DNA from: Fimbriimonadales bacterium
Lineage (GTDB): Bacteria; Armatimonadota; Fimbriimonadia; Fimbriimonadales; ATM1
Assembly (NCBI GenBank): GCA_041744215.1
Contig: JBGTLG010000015.1
Location: 96,001 to 160,000, forward strand
Length of the DNA stretch: 64,000 nt
Direction: 5' to 3'
Positions within the stretch are counted from its first letter, which is position 1; every line of letters starts with the position of its first letter. Shown here piece after piece: positions 1-9,017 of this stretch. The position numbers and the translations under genes are program-made. The notes under the pieces were generated by a model. The model worked only from the letters and a program-made list of their open reading frames with translations. It was not told the origin of the DNA and did not search any database.

Positions 1-1011
1 TCGAACAACGGTGCTCGTGTTACGGGTCTCGGGTTCATCGACACACCCAAGGACAGCGTTCAAGATGGCGTCGTCACGGATCCCCAAGCAGTTGGCAGCG
101 CGATTCGCCAGTGCTTGAAGGGCGCCCACATATCGGCCACCACTGCAAATGTCGCAGTAGCAGGCTCGACGGTTGTCGTTCGGACGGTGAAGATGCCTAA
201 CATGCCTGAGGACGCGCTTCGCAAGTCCATCCGGTTCGAAGCGGGACGCTACGTTCCGAGCAGCGTTGAGGAGAGCTACATTGAGTGCGAAGTACTCGGG
301 CTCCTCGACGACGGACAGATGGAAGTACTTATTGCGGCGTCACCGAAAGACATGGTTGAAAGCAGGCTTGCAGCGATCGCTGCAGCTGGGCTTGACGTGG
401 AGAGCGTCGACATCGAGGCGTTTGCGGCGTACCGATCACTGATCGAAGCCGACCCCCACAACAACGCGCTCGATGCGGCGATCGCGATCGTAGATGTTGG
501 CGCGCAGACCACAGATGTCAGCGTCGTCGACCTCGGCGCGTTTAGTCTCACCCGCTCAATCCCAATTGGGGGCGACTCGATGACGGACGCGTTGATTAGC
601 TACTTCAAGCTTTCTGAGCAAGAGGCAGAAGAAGGCAAGCGTTCGCTGGACCTCGGGCCCCTGACCTCGGACGTGCCCATGGAGAATGCGCCACTCCGCG
701 TGATTCAGCCGCTCGTCGATGAGTTGGTTCGAGAGATCAGGCGCTCACTCAACTATTTTCACAGTCAGCAGACCGGGCAAGGGAATCCGCGCGCGGTCTC
801 GCAAATCTATCTTATCGGAGGAGGAAGCCTTCTGGGCGGCCTTCCAAAGTACCTTGGCCATCGCCTCGGGATCGAGGTTGTCACTCCTGATCCCTTTGCC
901 AACCCGCACTTCTCAATCAACGAGTATTCAACGAGTGCGGACCCGCGCGAGTTGTCTGTAGCGCTTGGCTTAGCGATGCGACGGGCTGGGAAAGTCGCGG
1001 TGGCAGCGTAA
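1..1011 (+). CDS. pilM: Type IV pilus assembly protein PilM (actin-like), 5' end outside window
   Basis: Frame is open from base 1. PilM/FtsA-like motifs (VDVGAQTT, IPIGGDSMT, EIRRSLNYF, LIGGGS, VALGLAMR). First gene of the pilMNO-Q operon. Confidence 0.9.
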   Translation, partial: SNNGARVTGLGFIDTPKDSVQDGVVTDPQAVGSAIRQCLKGAHISATTANVAVAGSTVVVRTVKMPNMPEDALRKSIRFEAGRYVPSSVEESYIECEVLGLLDDGQMEVLIAASPKDMVESRLAAIAAAGLDVESVDIEAFAAYRSLIEADPHNNALDAAIAIVDVGAQTTDVSVVDLGAFSLTRSIPIGGDSMTDALISYFKLSEQEAEEGKRSLDLGPLTSDVPMENAPLRVIQPLVDELVREIRRSLNYFHSQQTGQGNPRAVSQIYLIGGGSLLGGLPKYLGHRLGIEVVTPDPFANPHFSINEYSTSADPRELSVALGLAMRRAGKVAVAA

Positions 1012-1021
1012 GGAGAAAGCT

Positions 1022-1624
1022 ATGCCCTACATCAACCTAATAGCGGAACAGCGCAAGCAAAAGCGTGACAGAGAGCGCAAGGCCAGGTCTTGGTTTTTCG
1101 CCTTTCTAGGCGTAAGCGTTCTTGGTCTCGGCACCGTTGGATTCCTGACCCTCAAGGCAGAATCTGCGTCGGCCGAAGCGCGGTCTCTGCAAACCAAGCT
1201 TGACGAACTTCGACCCCACAAAGAGCAGATCGAAGGGAATGAGAAGGTGCTGATGTCGCTCAAGCCGCGGCTTGAGACGCTCAGCAAGGCTCGACTCGAC
1301 ACAGAGCGCTGGTGGAGAATTTTGGATCACGCAAGCTTGGTCATCCCCCCCGAGACGTTCTTCACTCGCGTGAAGGCTACTGCTGGCAACGACCTAACAA
1401 AGCCAGTGGAATTGGCTTGGACAGGCATGAGCGTGGATCAGAACTTGATCGGCGAACTGATGCTGCGTCTGCAGCGCAGCCCCGATTTGGCAGAGGTTGC
1501 ACTCAAGTACACGGATCAGAAACGGACACCGCAAGGAACGGGACTTGAGTTCCAAATAGTGTGCTTCGTTCCGGGAACCGAGGAGTCAACGCGAGCACCC
1601 AAGAAGGAAGATACAAAGTCATGA
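1022..1624 (+). CDS. pilN: Type IV pilus assembly protein PilN
   Basis: N-terminal INLI motif (PilM-binding INLL type), one TM helix, coiled coil. AAGGAG RBS. Follows pilM. Confidence 0.85.
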   Translation: MPYINLIAEQRKQKRDRERKARSWFFAFLGVSVLGLGTVGFLTLKAESASAEARSLQTKLDELRPHKEQIEGNEKVLMSLKPRLETLSKARLDTERWWRILDHASLVIPPETFFTRVKATAGNDLTKPVELAWTGMSVDQNLIGELMLRLQRSPDLAEVALKYTDQKRTPQGTGLEFQIVCFVPGTEESTRAPKKEDTKS

Positions 1625-2265
1625 AAAACTCAGGCGCGAATCCATCATTCTTCGCGGCGCTCGCTGCCGTCAGTCTCGTCGTCGCAGGCGGCGGTGCTTA
1701 CTGGCAATACGGGAATGCGTCCGCTAATGAAGCCGTTGTTCGTTCGATGAAGCAAGAGATCGGCGGGACACCGAACCTCGTCGAACAAGCTGCGCTGTCT
1801 GAGGCCGAACTCGTGAAGAGTCAGTTCGAATTGACTCACCTGGAGCTCGGAGTCGCGACGGCCGAATACGTTCCCACGCTATTGCAGGAACTAGAGGCCA
1901 CAGGAAAGCAGTCCGGGCTCGACATTGTCGGTGTGCGCCCTGTGGTCAAGCAGCAAAAGAAGAAGCCCACGAACGACAAGGACGAGCCGAAGGAAGTGAG
2001 AAAGGCGTACGAGGAGCTCGATGTCGAAGTGAAGTGTCGCGGCGAGTTCAGCGCGATCATGACTTTCCTCCAGAAGCTTGCAGATTTTCCGAAGATTGTA
2101 GGGGTAAGGCACATGAGCCTCGATCCAAAAACTAAGCCTGACGGGCTCACACTCGAAATGGTTGAGTCGGTGATCGTGCTTCGTGTCTACGTCTTCAGTC
2201 AATCACGCGATACAAGCCAGGGTTCAGGTGATCCGGCTGAACGGAAGTCAGAAGGAGCAGCGTAA
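1621..2265 (+). CDS. pilO: Type IV pilus assembly protein PilO
   Basis: ATG at 1621 overlaps the pilN stop (ATGA). TM plus coiled coil. PilO-like VPTLLQELE, YEELDVEV..GEF..FL..L..FPKIV. Confidence 0.8.
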   Translation: MKNSGANPSFFAALAAVSLVVAGGGAYWQYGNASANEAVVRSMKQEIGGTPNLVEQAALSEAELVKSQFELTHLELGVATAEYVPTLLQELEATGKQSGLDIVGVRPVVKQQKKKPTNDKDEPKEVRKAYEELDVEVKCRGEFSAIMTFLQKLADFPKIVGVRHMSLDPKTKPDGLTLEMVESVIVLRVYVFSQSRDTSQGSGDPAERKSEGAA

Positions 2266-2897
2266 TGAAGGACGAGAAAGACAAGAAGAAGATCGTTATC
2301 ATCGGAGTACTGGCTGTTGCCGTCCTCGGGATTGGCGCCTGGCAATTCAGCTCGGCGAAGAGTACGCCCGGCAGCAAGAGCGCCAAGGAAAGTGCAAAGT
2401 CTGCGAGCCAGTCCGAGCCAACTCGAGAAACCATTGTTGCGGACCTCGACATGATCGGCCTGAAGCGCAGGAATCCATTTCAGCCGAGCGCGCTTGCAGA
2501 AATGCAGCCGACGCAAGCTGAGAGCACTACTGTTGTAGCACCGCCTCAGGCTTCCTCAAACGGGGCTCGTCCGAGTGGGCCGCGAGGAAGCTCCATTACG
2601 CCAGACATCAGCAAGTACCCGTTCACGTTTGATGGCGAACCGTCGCTCACTCCAGGTGTTGAGTTGACGCCAGGCACGCCACTTCGTTCACCTAACGAAT
2701 TCACCTACTCCCTCGTTGGAGTCGTCGATGGTCCGCGGCCGGTTGCCGTGTTCCGCGGCGACGACGGCACACAAAGGATGGTCCGTCTCAACGAGAGCGT
2801 AGGATCGAATAACAGCAAAGTCGTTGGCATACAAAATGGACAAGTAAAGGTTCAGCACAACGGCAAAACCATCACCTTATCGGTGGGAGGCAACTAA
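2265..2897 (+). CDS. PilP/GspC-like pilus alignment protein (TM-anchored, Pro/Ser-rich linker, C-terminal beta domain)
   Basis: Lies between pilO and the secretin. RNPF motif. C-terminal LVGVVDG..VAVF...VRLNESV...KVVGI resembles the PilP/GspC-HR fold. Confidence 0.65.
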   Translation: MKDEKDKKKIVIIGVLAVAVLGIGAWQFSSAKSTPGSKSAKESAKSASQSEPTRETIVADLDMIGLKRRNPFQPSALAEMQPTQAESTTVVAPPQASSNGARPSGPRGSSITPDISKYPFTFDGEPSLTPGVELTPGTPLRSPNEFTYSLVGVVDGPRPVAVFRGDDGTQRMVRLNESVGSNNSKVVGIQNGQVKVQHNGKTITLSVGGN

Positions 2898-2901
2898 GAC
2901 C

Positions 2902-5529
2902 ATGAAGCTCGTAGGAACGCGTTTGTTGGCCCTTTCTTTGGGCCTGCTGGCGGCGGCCGGTGCCTACGCTCAGGGCAAGATTACAAGCGTCACTGGAGCG
3001 AAATCCAGTGACGGCTACATCTTGCATGTCCGGGGCGAAAACATCCAGAACCCGCAGATCAGCAAAATCAATGCAGGCAAGACTGCTCTCGTCTCATTCA
3101 AAGCAGTGTGGCAGAGCAAGACAACGACTGTCAAAGTCGGAATCCACGGCATCGATCAGTATCGCATCGGACAGTTTCAACCCACGATTGCAAGGATTGC
3201 GATTCAAGTATCGCAAGAACTTGATATTTCAGCAAGCAAGGCAGAATCAGGTTGGGACATCGCTATCTCGAAGGTTGGCGCGAAGCCGATTAATGAGAGA
3301 TCGAAATCAGCAGAAGAAGATGCCCTTGCGATGACAAAAGCCATCAGCGAGCTTGCCCAGCCGGTCTCGCCTGTCAGCACAAAGACCAAGAGCGACACGG
3401 AGGTCACGACTAGTAACTTGCCAGCTGCCGCTCAGCAACCGACTCCCTCGCCAATGGTGATCAAGCCTTTGGAGCCGCGCACGCATGCTGCAGCGCCCAG
3501 CGCGCAGTCGCGCGTGATGCTCGACTTCTCTGACACAGAAGTTGCGATCATCATCAAGGCACTTGCCGAACAGACGGGATCCAACATCGTCACTTCGCCG
3601 GAAGTTCGATCGACTCTCACCGTTTCTCTGAAGAATGTTACGGTTGAGCAAGCTCTCGATCTCGTAACGAAGCTGTCAGGTTTCCGGTATGCAAAGATCG
3701 GCAACACCTACGTCGTAGGCACTTCCTCATTCTTGCAGAAAGTGCTCGCACAGGAACCGTCTGCAACGGCACACCTCACGACGACTCGAGTCGTCCCGCT
3801 CGCGAGCCGTAAAGCTGGCGAGATCAAGCGAACCGTTTTGAAAGCGCTCAGCATCGATTCGGTCAACGAGACGCTTCGTGTCGTCCACCCGAGTGAGGGT
3901 GGCGATCTTAGCGATCTGCCGATCACCGCCGAGGGAGGCAAGGCCTCGTCCAACCCACCTGCCGGCGGGGCTCCGCCTGTGACAGGCGGGGATCAAGGCG
4001 CTCCTCCGGTTACGACCGGTGGTCAGGCACAACCGCCCGCACAAGGCGGCAGCGGCGGTGTCGAAGGACCGAAAGAAGCTCCCGTGAATGCAGAGGGCGA
4101 CGCAGACTATCTGATTCTCATCGGCGAGAAGGGTCGCGTCGAGCAAGCGATGGCTATGATCACTCAGATCGACAGTGCGCTTGCCGACATGCTGGGTATC
4201 AATTCGAAGGACTCAGTCAACCTCAGGCCGATTACAATGACTTACGTTGTTCGAGGTGGCACAGCGGAGGATCTCGCCACGGCAATCAAGGCTTTCGCCG
4301 GACCCGTATCTGTTGTTGCGACTCCAAAGACGAGTCGAGCCGGGCAGATGCTCGTGTTGCACGGCAGGCCTGGCGAAGTGGAGCGCCTCTTCGCGATGCT
4401 AACGAAGATCGACGACGTTTCCGCTCTTGGAGAAATCGTCTATACAGTGTACGACGTGAAGTACTCGGATCCTCGCGCACTACGTGACCGATTGTCCAAG
4501 ACGTTCGAAATGCTGACCGTCATGACGGGCGCAGAGGGCGTTTCGGGACTCAGCTACACAGACCTAAGTGGCGCAGGCGGCGGGACAGCGGCAACTACTG
4601 GGGATGACGGCGGAAAGCTTTCCGAAGGAATCTCTGCGATTTCCGGCAAGCCGGTCTTCACGCCTCGCGAACTCGTTTCGGTGCCGATGAAGCTAATCAT
4701 CAGCGGTCCTCGCGATTCGGTCGACGCTGCGCTCACAATGCTCAATGCGATCGACCTTCCCATTCCACAGGTTCAGATTGAAGCTCGAATCGTCGACGCA
4801 ACCAAAGAGGAGATTATGAAGGCTGGAATCAGCTGGGACCTCGTCACCGGCAGCGCCGTCAAGATCATCAATCTAAACAATTCGCAGCCAGCAGGAGGAG
4901 ACGGATCGCCGTTCAACTCGGTCACCACGACCATCACCGGCAAGGGCTGGGGTGGAGATGTCATCGCTACACTCGATAAGGCGATTGCGAAGGCCAACTT
5001 CATCAGCAGGCCTAACGTCGTCGCAACTGATGGCCGTGAGTCAGTCGTCTTCATCGGCGACGTCGTACGGTACATCAAGTCGATTCAAGTTACGCCGACC
5101 GGCACCAGCATAGAAGTTGGTGAAGAAGAGGTTGGCGTCAAACTCAACGTGATGCCGAGAGTGGGTGGAGACGGGTCCATCACTCTCGAAGTGCAGCCAA
5201 CCGTTTCGTTCATCCGAAGCTTCCTCGACACGGGCACCGGCGGGCAGATTCCTATCACCGCTGTGCGAACTGCGAGAAGCACGATGAGACTGGCGGATGG
5301 TGAAACCGTCGCAATCGGTGGACTCATCACAGATGAAGTACGGAAGGAAGTCAGCGGGATCCCGATCCTCATGGATCTTCCCATCATTGGCCAGCTCTTC
5401 CGACGGACGACGAACTCGAAGCGACAGGGAGAAATCATCATCTTCCTCAGCGCGAAAATCGTCGACGGAACCAACATCTCCAGCGGGGCGACCGTAGCCC
5501 CGACAACCGGAGACAAGGTCAAGGGATAA
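2902..5529 (+). CDS. pilQ: Secretin PilQ (type IV pilus/T2SS outer-membrane channel)
   Basis: Signal peptide. N0 domain (LDFSDTEV..IIKALAEQ..NIV) and several N3-like repeats. Secretin core (QVQIEARIV, VGVKLNVMPRV, GETVAIGGLI, GIPILMDLPIIGQLFR). Confidence 0.9.
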   Translation: MKLVGTRLLALSLGLLAAAGAYAQGKITSVTGAKSSDGYILHVRGENIQNPQISKINAGKTALVSFKAVWQSKTTTVKVGIHGIDQYRIGQFQPTIARIAIQVSQELDISASKAESGWDIAISKVGAKPINERSKSAEEDALAMTKAISELAQPVSPVSTKTKSDTEVTTSNLPAAAQQPTPSPMVIKPLEPRTHAAAPSAQSRVMLDFSDTEVAIIIKALAEQTGSNIVTSPEVRSTLTVSLKNVTVEQALDLVTKLSGFRYAKIGNTYVVGTSSFLQKVLAQEPSATAHLTTTRVVPLASRKAGEIKRTVLKALSIDSVNETLRVVHPSEGGDLSDLPITAEGGKASSNPPAGGAPPVTGGDQGAPPVTTGGQAQPPAQGGSGGVEGPKEAPVNAEGDADYLILIGEKGRVEQAMAMITQIDSALADMLGINSKDSVNLRPITMTYVVRGGTAEDLATAIKAFAGPVSVVATPKTSRAGQMLVLHGRPGEVERLFAMLTKIDDVSALGEIVYTVYDVKYSDPRALRDRLSKTFEMLTVMTGAEGVSGLSYTDLSGAGGGTAATTGDDGGKLSEGISAISGKPVFTPRELVSVPMKLIISGPRDSVDAALTMLNAIDLPIPQVQIEARIVDATKEEIMKAGISWDLVTGSAVKIINLNNSQPAGGDGSPFNSVTTTITGKGWGGDVIATLDKAIAKANFISRPNVVATDGRESVVFIGDVVRYIKSIQVTPTGTSIEVGEEEVGVKLNVMPRVGGDGSITLEVQPTVSFIRSFLDTGTGGQIPITAVRTARSTMRLADGETVAIGGLITDEVRKEVSGIPILMDLPIIGQLFRRTTNSKRQGEIIIFLSAKIVDGTNISSGATVAPTTGDKVKG

Positions 5530-5549
5530 AGTAAACAGCCTCCCAGTGA

Positions 5550-5592
5550 CAGAATGGCCCTGCTGGCGAACCGGCGGGGCCATTCTGGTTTG
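5550..5592 (+). terminator. Probable intrinsic terminator of the pil operon
   Basis: 17-bp stem CAGAATGGCCCTGCTGG / CCGGCGGGGCCATTCTG with two G-U pairs and a CGAA loop, followed by GGTTTGGT, 20 nt after the pilQ stop. Confidence 0.7.
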
Positions 5593-5736
5593 GTGGTCTA
5601 GAGAATCCGGCGAACTTTCCTGTGGTAGGGGGCGTCTCTATCTTTAGACAAGTCTTTCAAATAGCCACTCCTGCACTACTACAGCCCCCGGCATTTTGCT
5701 GGGGGCTTAGTCCTTGTTGGGGTGTGTTGAGCGTGG

Positions 5737-7005
5737 CTAGCCTTCGATGCTCGCGCTGTAGACCGCGCGGATCACTTCATCGGGGGTGGTTAGCCCGCGA
5801 AGTATCTTGTCCCTTCCGTCCTCCATCATTGTGCGCATGCCTTGACGCCTCGCCGCCGCCTGAATCTCGCCGTGTTGGGAACCTCGCGCGATGGCTGCAC
5901 GCATGTCTGGTGTCCCAAGAAACAGCTCGAAGACGCCGCTTCGGCCTTTGTATCCTGAACCTCGGCATTCGGCGCAGCCTTCTCCCTTCATAAACTGCCC
6001 TTGCACGGGCATCCCGGGCTCAAAGCCGAGGGCGACTAGCTCATCCTCGGTCGGCTCGAACTTTTTCGAGCAGGCCTGGCAGTTCATTCGGATGAGGCGC
6101 TGCGCCATCACGCCCACACATACTGCCGCGGCGAGATATGGCTCGGCACCCATGTCGAACATTCGCCCAATCGTCTCCACAGAGTTGTTCGTGTGGATCG
6201 TGGTCAAAACGAGGTGGCCTGTCAATGCGGCCTGGATGCCAATTCCGAGGGACTCTGGGTCGCGCATTTCACCGACCATCATCACGTCCGGGTCTTGTCG
6301 CAAGAATGTGCGCATGACTCGCGGGAACGACATCTTTTCTGTGACTTGGACCTGCGTAACGCTGTCGCTGAACTCGTATTCGATTGGGTCTTCGACTGTC
6401 ACGATGTTACGGTTCTTGCGGTCAAGCTGGTTGAGGCTGGCATAGAGTGTCGACGTTTTTCCTGAACCAGTTGGGCCTGTGACAAGGATCATTCCGTAAG
6501 GGCTCTGGAGCGCTTTCATCCACTTCACGCGCGTCTCGGAGTCCATTCCCAAGGCATCTAGTTCAACCCTCATAGAACCTGGGTCGAGCAGACGAAGAAC
6601 GCACTTCTCGCCATTCAGTGCAGGCACCACGGAACAACGTGCGCTCAGCTTTCTTCCGTTGTATTCCATGTCGATGCGGCCGTCCTGCGGTTCGCGGCGC
6701 TCGTCAATGTGCATACCCGCTGCCAACTTGATGCGCGCCAATACGTTGGCGGCGGTTTCTGGAGGAAGCTGTCCGTTCTCCGTGAGCTGACCGTCGACGC
6801 GAAAACGGATCTTGAGTTGCTCTCGCTCCGGCTGAAGGTGGATATCGCTCGCCCCCGCCTCGAGCGCGTTCATGAAGATGTTATCGACAATCTGCACGGC
6901 GATAGACATCTCCTCGCCGCCCATCTCTCGTGACTTGCCCTGCTCTCGCAGAATCAGCCGGAAGCGCTTCATCGCGCCCCAATTTGTTTGCCCAACGTTG
7001 TTCAT
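5737..7005 (-). CDS. GspE/PilB-family secretion/pilus extension ATPase lacking the N1 domain
   Basis: ASDIHLQP, RFRVDG, PQDGR, Walker A GPTGSGKT, TVEDPIE, LRQDPD, LTGHLV, CxxC...CxxC. ATG 7005 chosen (AGGA upstream). The longer ORF overlaps the divergent gene. Confidence 0.85.
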   Translation of the reverse strand: MNNVGQTNWGAMKRFRLILREQGKSREMGGEEMSIAVQIVDNIFMNALEAGASDIHLQPEREQLKIRFRVDGQLTENGQLPPETAANVLARIKLAAGMHIDERREPQDGRIDMEYNGRKLSARCSVVPALNGEKCVLRLLDPGSMRVELDALGMDSETRVKWMKALQSPYGMILVTGPTGSGKTSTLYASLNQLDRKNRNIVTVEDPIEYEFSDSVTQVQVTEKMSFPRVMRTFLRQDPDVMMVGEMRDPESLGIGIQAALTGHLVLTTIHTNNSVETIGRMFDMGAEPYLAAAVCVGVMAQRLIRMNCQACSKKFEPTEDELVALGFEPGMPVQGQFMKGEGCAECRGSGYKGRSGVFELFLGTPDMRAAIARGSQHGEIQAAARRQGMRTMMEDGRDKILRGLTTPDEVIRAVYSASIEG

Positions 7006-7307
7006 ATGATTGAGTGTCCTGTGCCGGTAGCAGGTGAATCTTACCGCCGCAGGCAAAAGACGGTCGTCGCAGGGAAAACGTTGGCTCGAAGGGCGATGGT
7101 TCGGCTGGCCGGTATCGCGGGAGAGGGTTACGGGGGTTTCGCTCTGCTCTGTGGCGAGGCCGATTCCTCCTCGGAGGTTGAACGAACCGGATGCAATCCC
7201 CGTCATCTTGCTGTCGCGGCGGCAGGAGCCAGCGCAGTGCCTGTCCGAGCGCCTACCTGTCGGTAGCAGGCTCTGCCCCGCGGCAACCCACTGGAGGACA
7301 AACTGAA

Positions 7308-8996
7308 ATGGGCTTGACAAGACTAACGGCCACCCTTGGCGCAGTCGCACTACTGAGTGCCGCGGTCACACAACTTCCTCAGCCGAATCGAACTGCATTC
7401 ATTGAGATTCCCGGTGAGATGGAATTCACGGGTGAGTTGATCGTGCGCCCGCACCGCGTGGAGTCGTTTATCTTGAGGACCGGAAGTGGCCTTCAAGCGA
7501 TTCGGATGATGACTCTGGCGCGCGAACGCGTCAATCCGATCACCCTTCGATACTACGAGGGGACGGATGAGTACATTGTGCGCGTTCCTGCCGGGCGCGA
7601 TGAGAACTCACTTAGCGCGGAGCTCATGCGGACTGGATTGTATGAGTACGCCGAGCCCAACTGGCGCGTGTATCCGATAGGCGTTCCGAATGATCCGCGC
7701 TACGGACAGCAGTGGCATCTGCCGAAGATTCGTGCGGCGGAGGCAGGGGACATCATCGTCGGCAATCCAACGCAAATCATCGCGTACACTGACACTGGCA
7801 TCGACCTAACTCACCCTGATCTCTCTCCGAACCGGGTGCCCGGGCTGAATGCAGTCGACATGATCGAGGAGATTCACGGCGGCCAAGTGAATGACATCAA
7901 CGGCCACGGAACTCACGTGGCAGGCACCGGCTCCGCCGTCACCAACAATGCTTTGGGCGTTGCCGGTGTCGGCTGGAATTTCAAGACGATGATGGTGCGG
8001 GTATCGAATACGTCTGGCGGCAGTTCCTCAATCGAAGTGCTCACACGCGGCGCACGGTGGGCCGCCGACAACGGAGCGCGTACTGTTTCCACAAGTTACT
8101 CGGGGGTTTCCGCTTCTGCTGTCAACACGACCGGCGCATACATTCGCGCGCGGGGCTCTTCTTACCTGTGGGCGGCTGGCAACAGTAATGCGAACTTAAC
8201 AGCGGATCACGAGAATGTGATCATCGTGGGGGCAACTACTCAAAGCGACACCAAGGCGAGCTTTTCGAACTACGGCGTGGCGATTGATGTGGTCGCGCCT
8301 GGAGTCGACATTCATGCGACATTGCGCAACAATTCATACGGCAACAAGAGCGGTACATCGATGGCAGCTCCAATTGCCAATGGCGTGCTGGCCATGATCT
8401 ACGCTCGATATCCATGGTTGACGCCAGATCAGGCCGAGACACTGCTCTTTTTGAACTGCATCGACTTGGGTCCGCCTGGTGAGGACAACACGTTCGGCCA
8501 TGGACGCGTTGATCTGTGGGAGTCGATGAACGACACTGTGATGGTAGTTCCGAATGCGCTCAACGTTGCTTTTGGCTTGCAATTGGGTGGGAACTTGCAG
8601 TCGCTCGCGATGAGCGATGACGATAAACTGATCGTGCGTTCGGCACCGGTGATCGCTTTGGGATTGCCGAGTGCGGACGTCATCGTAACTGGGCAATCGT
8701 CCTTGACGAACCCCAGCAAGATGACGTTCGTAACCGAGCAATCTGCTTCTGCTTTCCCGGCGAACTTGAAAGTCGAACTGTTCAGTTACGTTTCGAACAC
8801 GTATGAGCAGGTTGACTTTCGCGGTGGCACGACTGGGGGCGAGTTCGTCGTTGTAGAGGTCGCCTCGAATGCCTCGCGGTTCGTTCAGAGTGGCTCAGGC
8901 CAAGTGCGAGCACGGCTGCGACTCTATGACGACATCTCTTTCACGGTGGGTGGCTCTGTGCGATACGACCTTGTGCGCTGGGAGATCACTCCTTAG
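7308..8996 (+). CDS. Secreted subtilisin-family (S8) serine protease with C-terminal beta-rich domain
   Basis: GGAGGA RBS before ATG 7308. Signal peptide and prodomain ending YAEPN. Triad DTG, HGTHVAG, GTSMA and oxyanion AAGN. Confidence 0.9.
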   Translation: MGLTRLTATLGAVALLSAAVTQLPQPNRTAFIEIPGEMEFTGELIVRPHRVESFILRTGSGLQAIRMMTLARERVNPITLRYYEGTDEYIVRVPAGRDENSLSAELMRTGLYEYAEPNWRVYPIGVPNDPRYGQQWHLPKIRAAEAGDIIVGNPTQIIAYTDTGIDLTHPDLSPNRVPGLNAVDMIEEIHGGQVNDINGHGTHVAGTGSAVTNNALGVAGVGWNFKTMMVRVSNTSGGSSSIEVLTRGARWAADNGARTVSTSYSGVSASAVNTTGAYIRARGSSYLWAAGNSNANLTADHENVIIVGATTQSDTKASFSNYGVAIDVVAPGVDIHATLRNNSYGNKSGTSMAAPIANGVLAMIYARYPWLTPDQAETLLFLNCIDLGPPGEDNTFGHGRVDLWESMNDTVMVVPNALNVAFGLQLGGNLQSLAMSDDDKLIVRSAPVIALGLPSADVIVTGQSSLTNPSKMTFVTEQSASAFPANLKVELFSYVSNTYEQVDFRGGTTGGEFVVVEVASNASRFVQSGSGQVRARLRLYDDISFTVGGSVRYDLVRWEITP

Positions 8997-9017
8997 CGGC
9001 GCCGCTCCCGGGGTCTG

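Noticed and set aside
7006-7307. c-di-GMP or c-di-AMP riboswitch upstream of the pilus ATPase
   Set aside because: I could not find the GEMM (GGCAAAC...GAAA...GACGCAAAG) or ydaO consensus on either strand.
7006-7350. N-terminal extensions of the ATPase (to 7350) and the S8 protease (from 7191) given by the ORF track
   Set aside because: They overlap each other head-to-head and read as non-protein-like. Better starts with RBS exist at 7005 and 7308.
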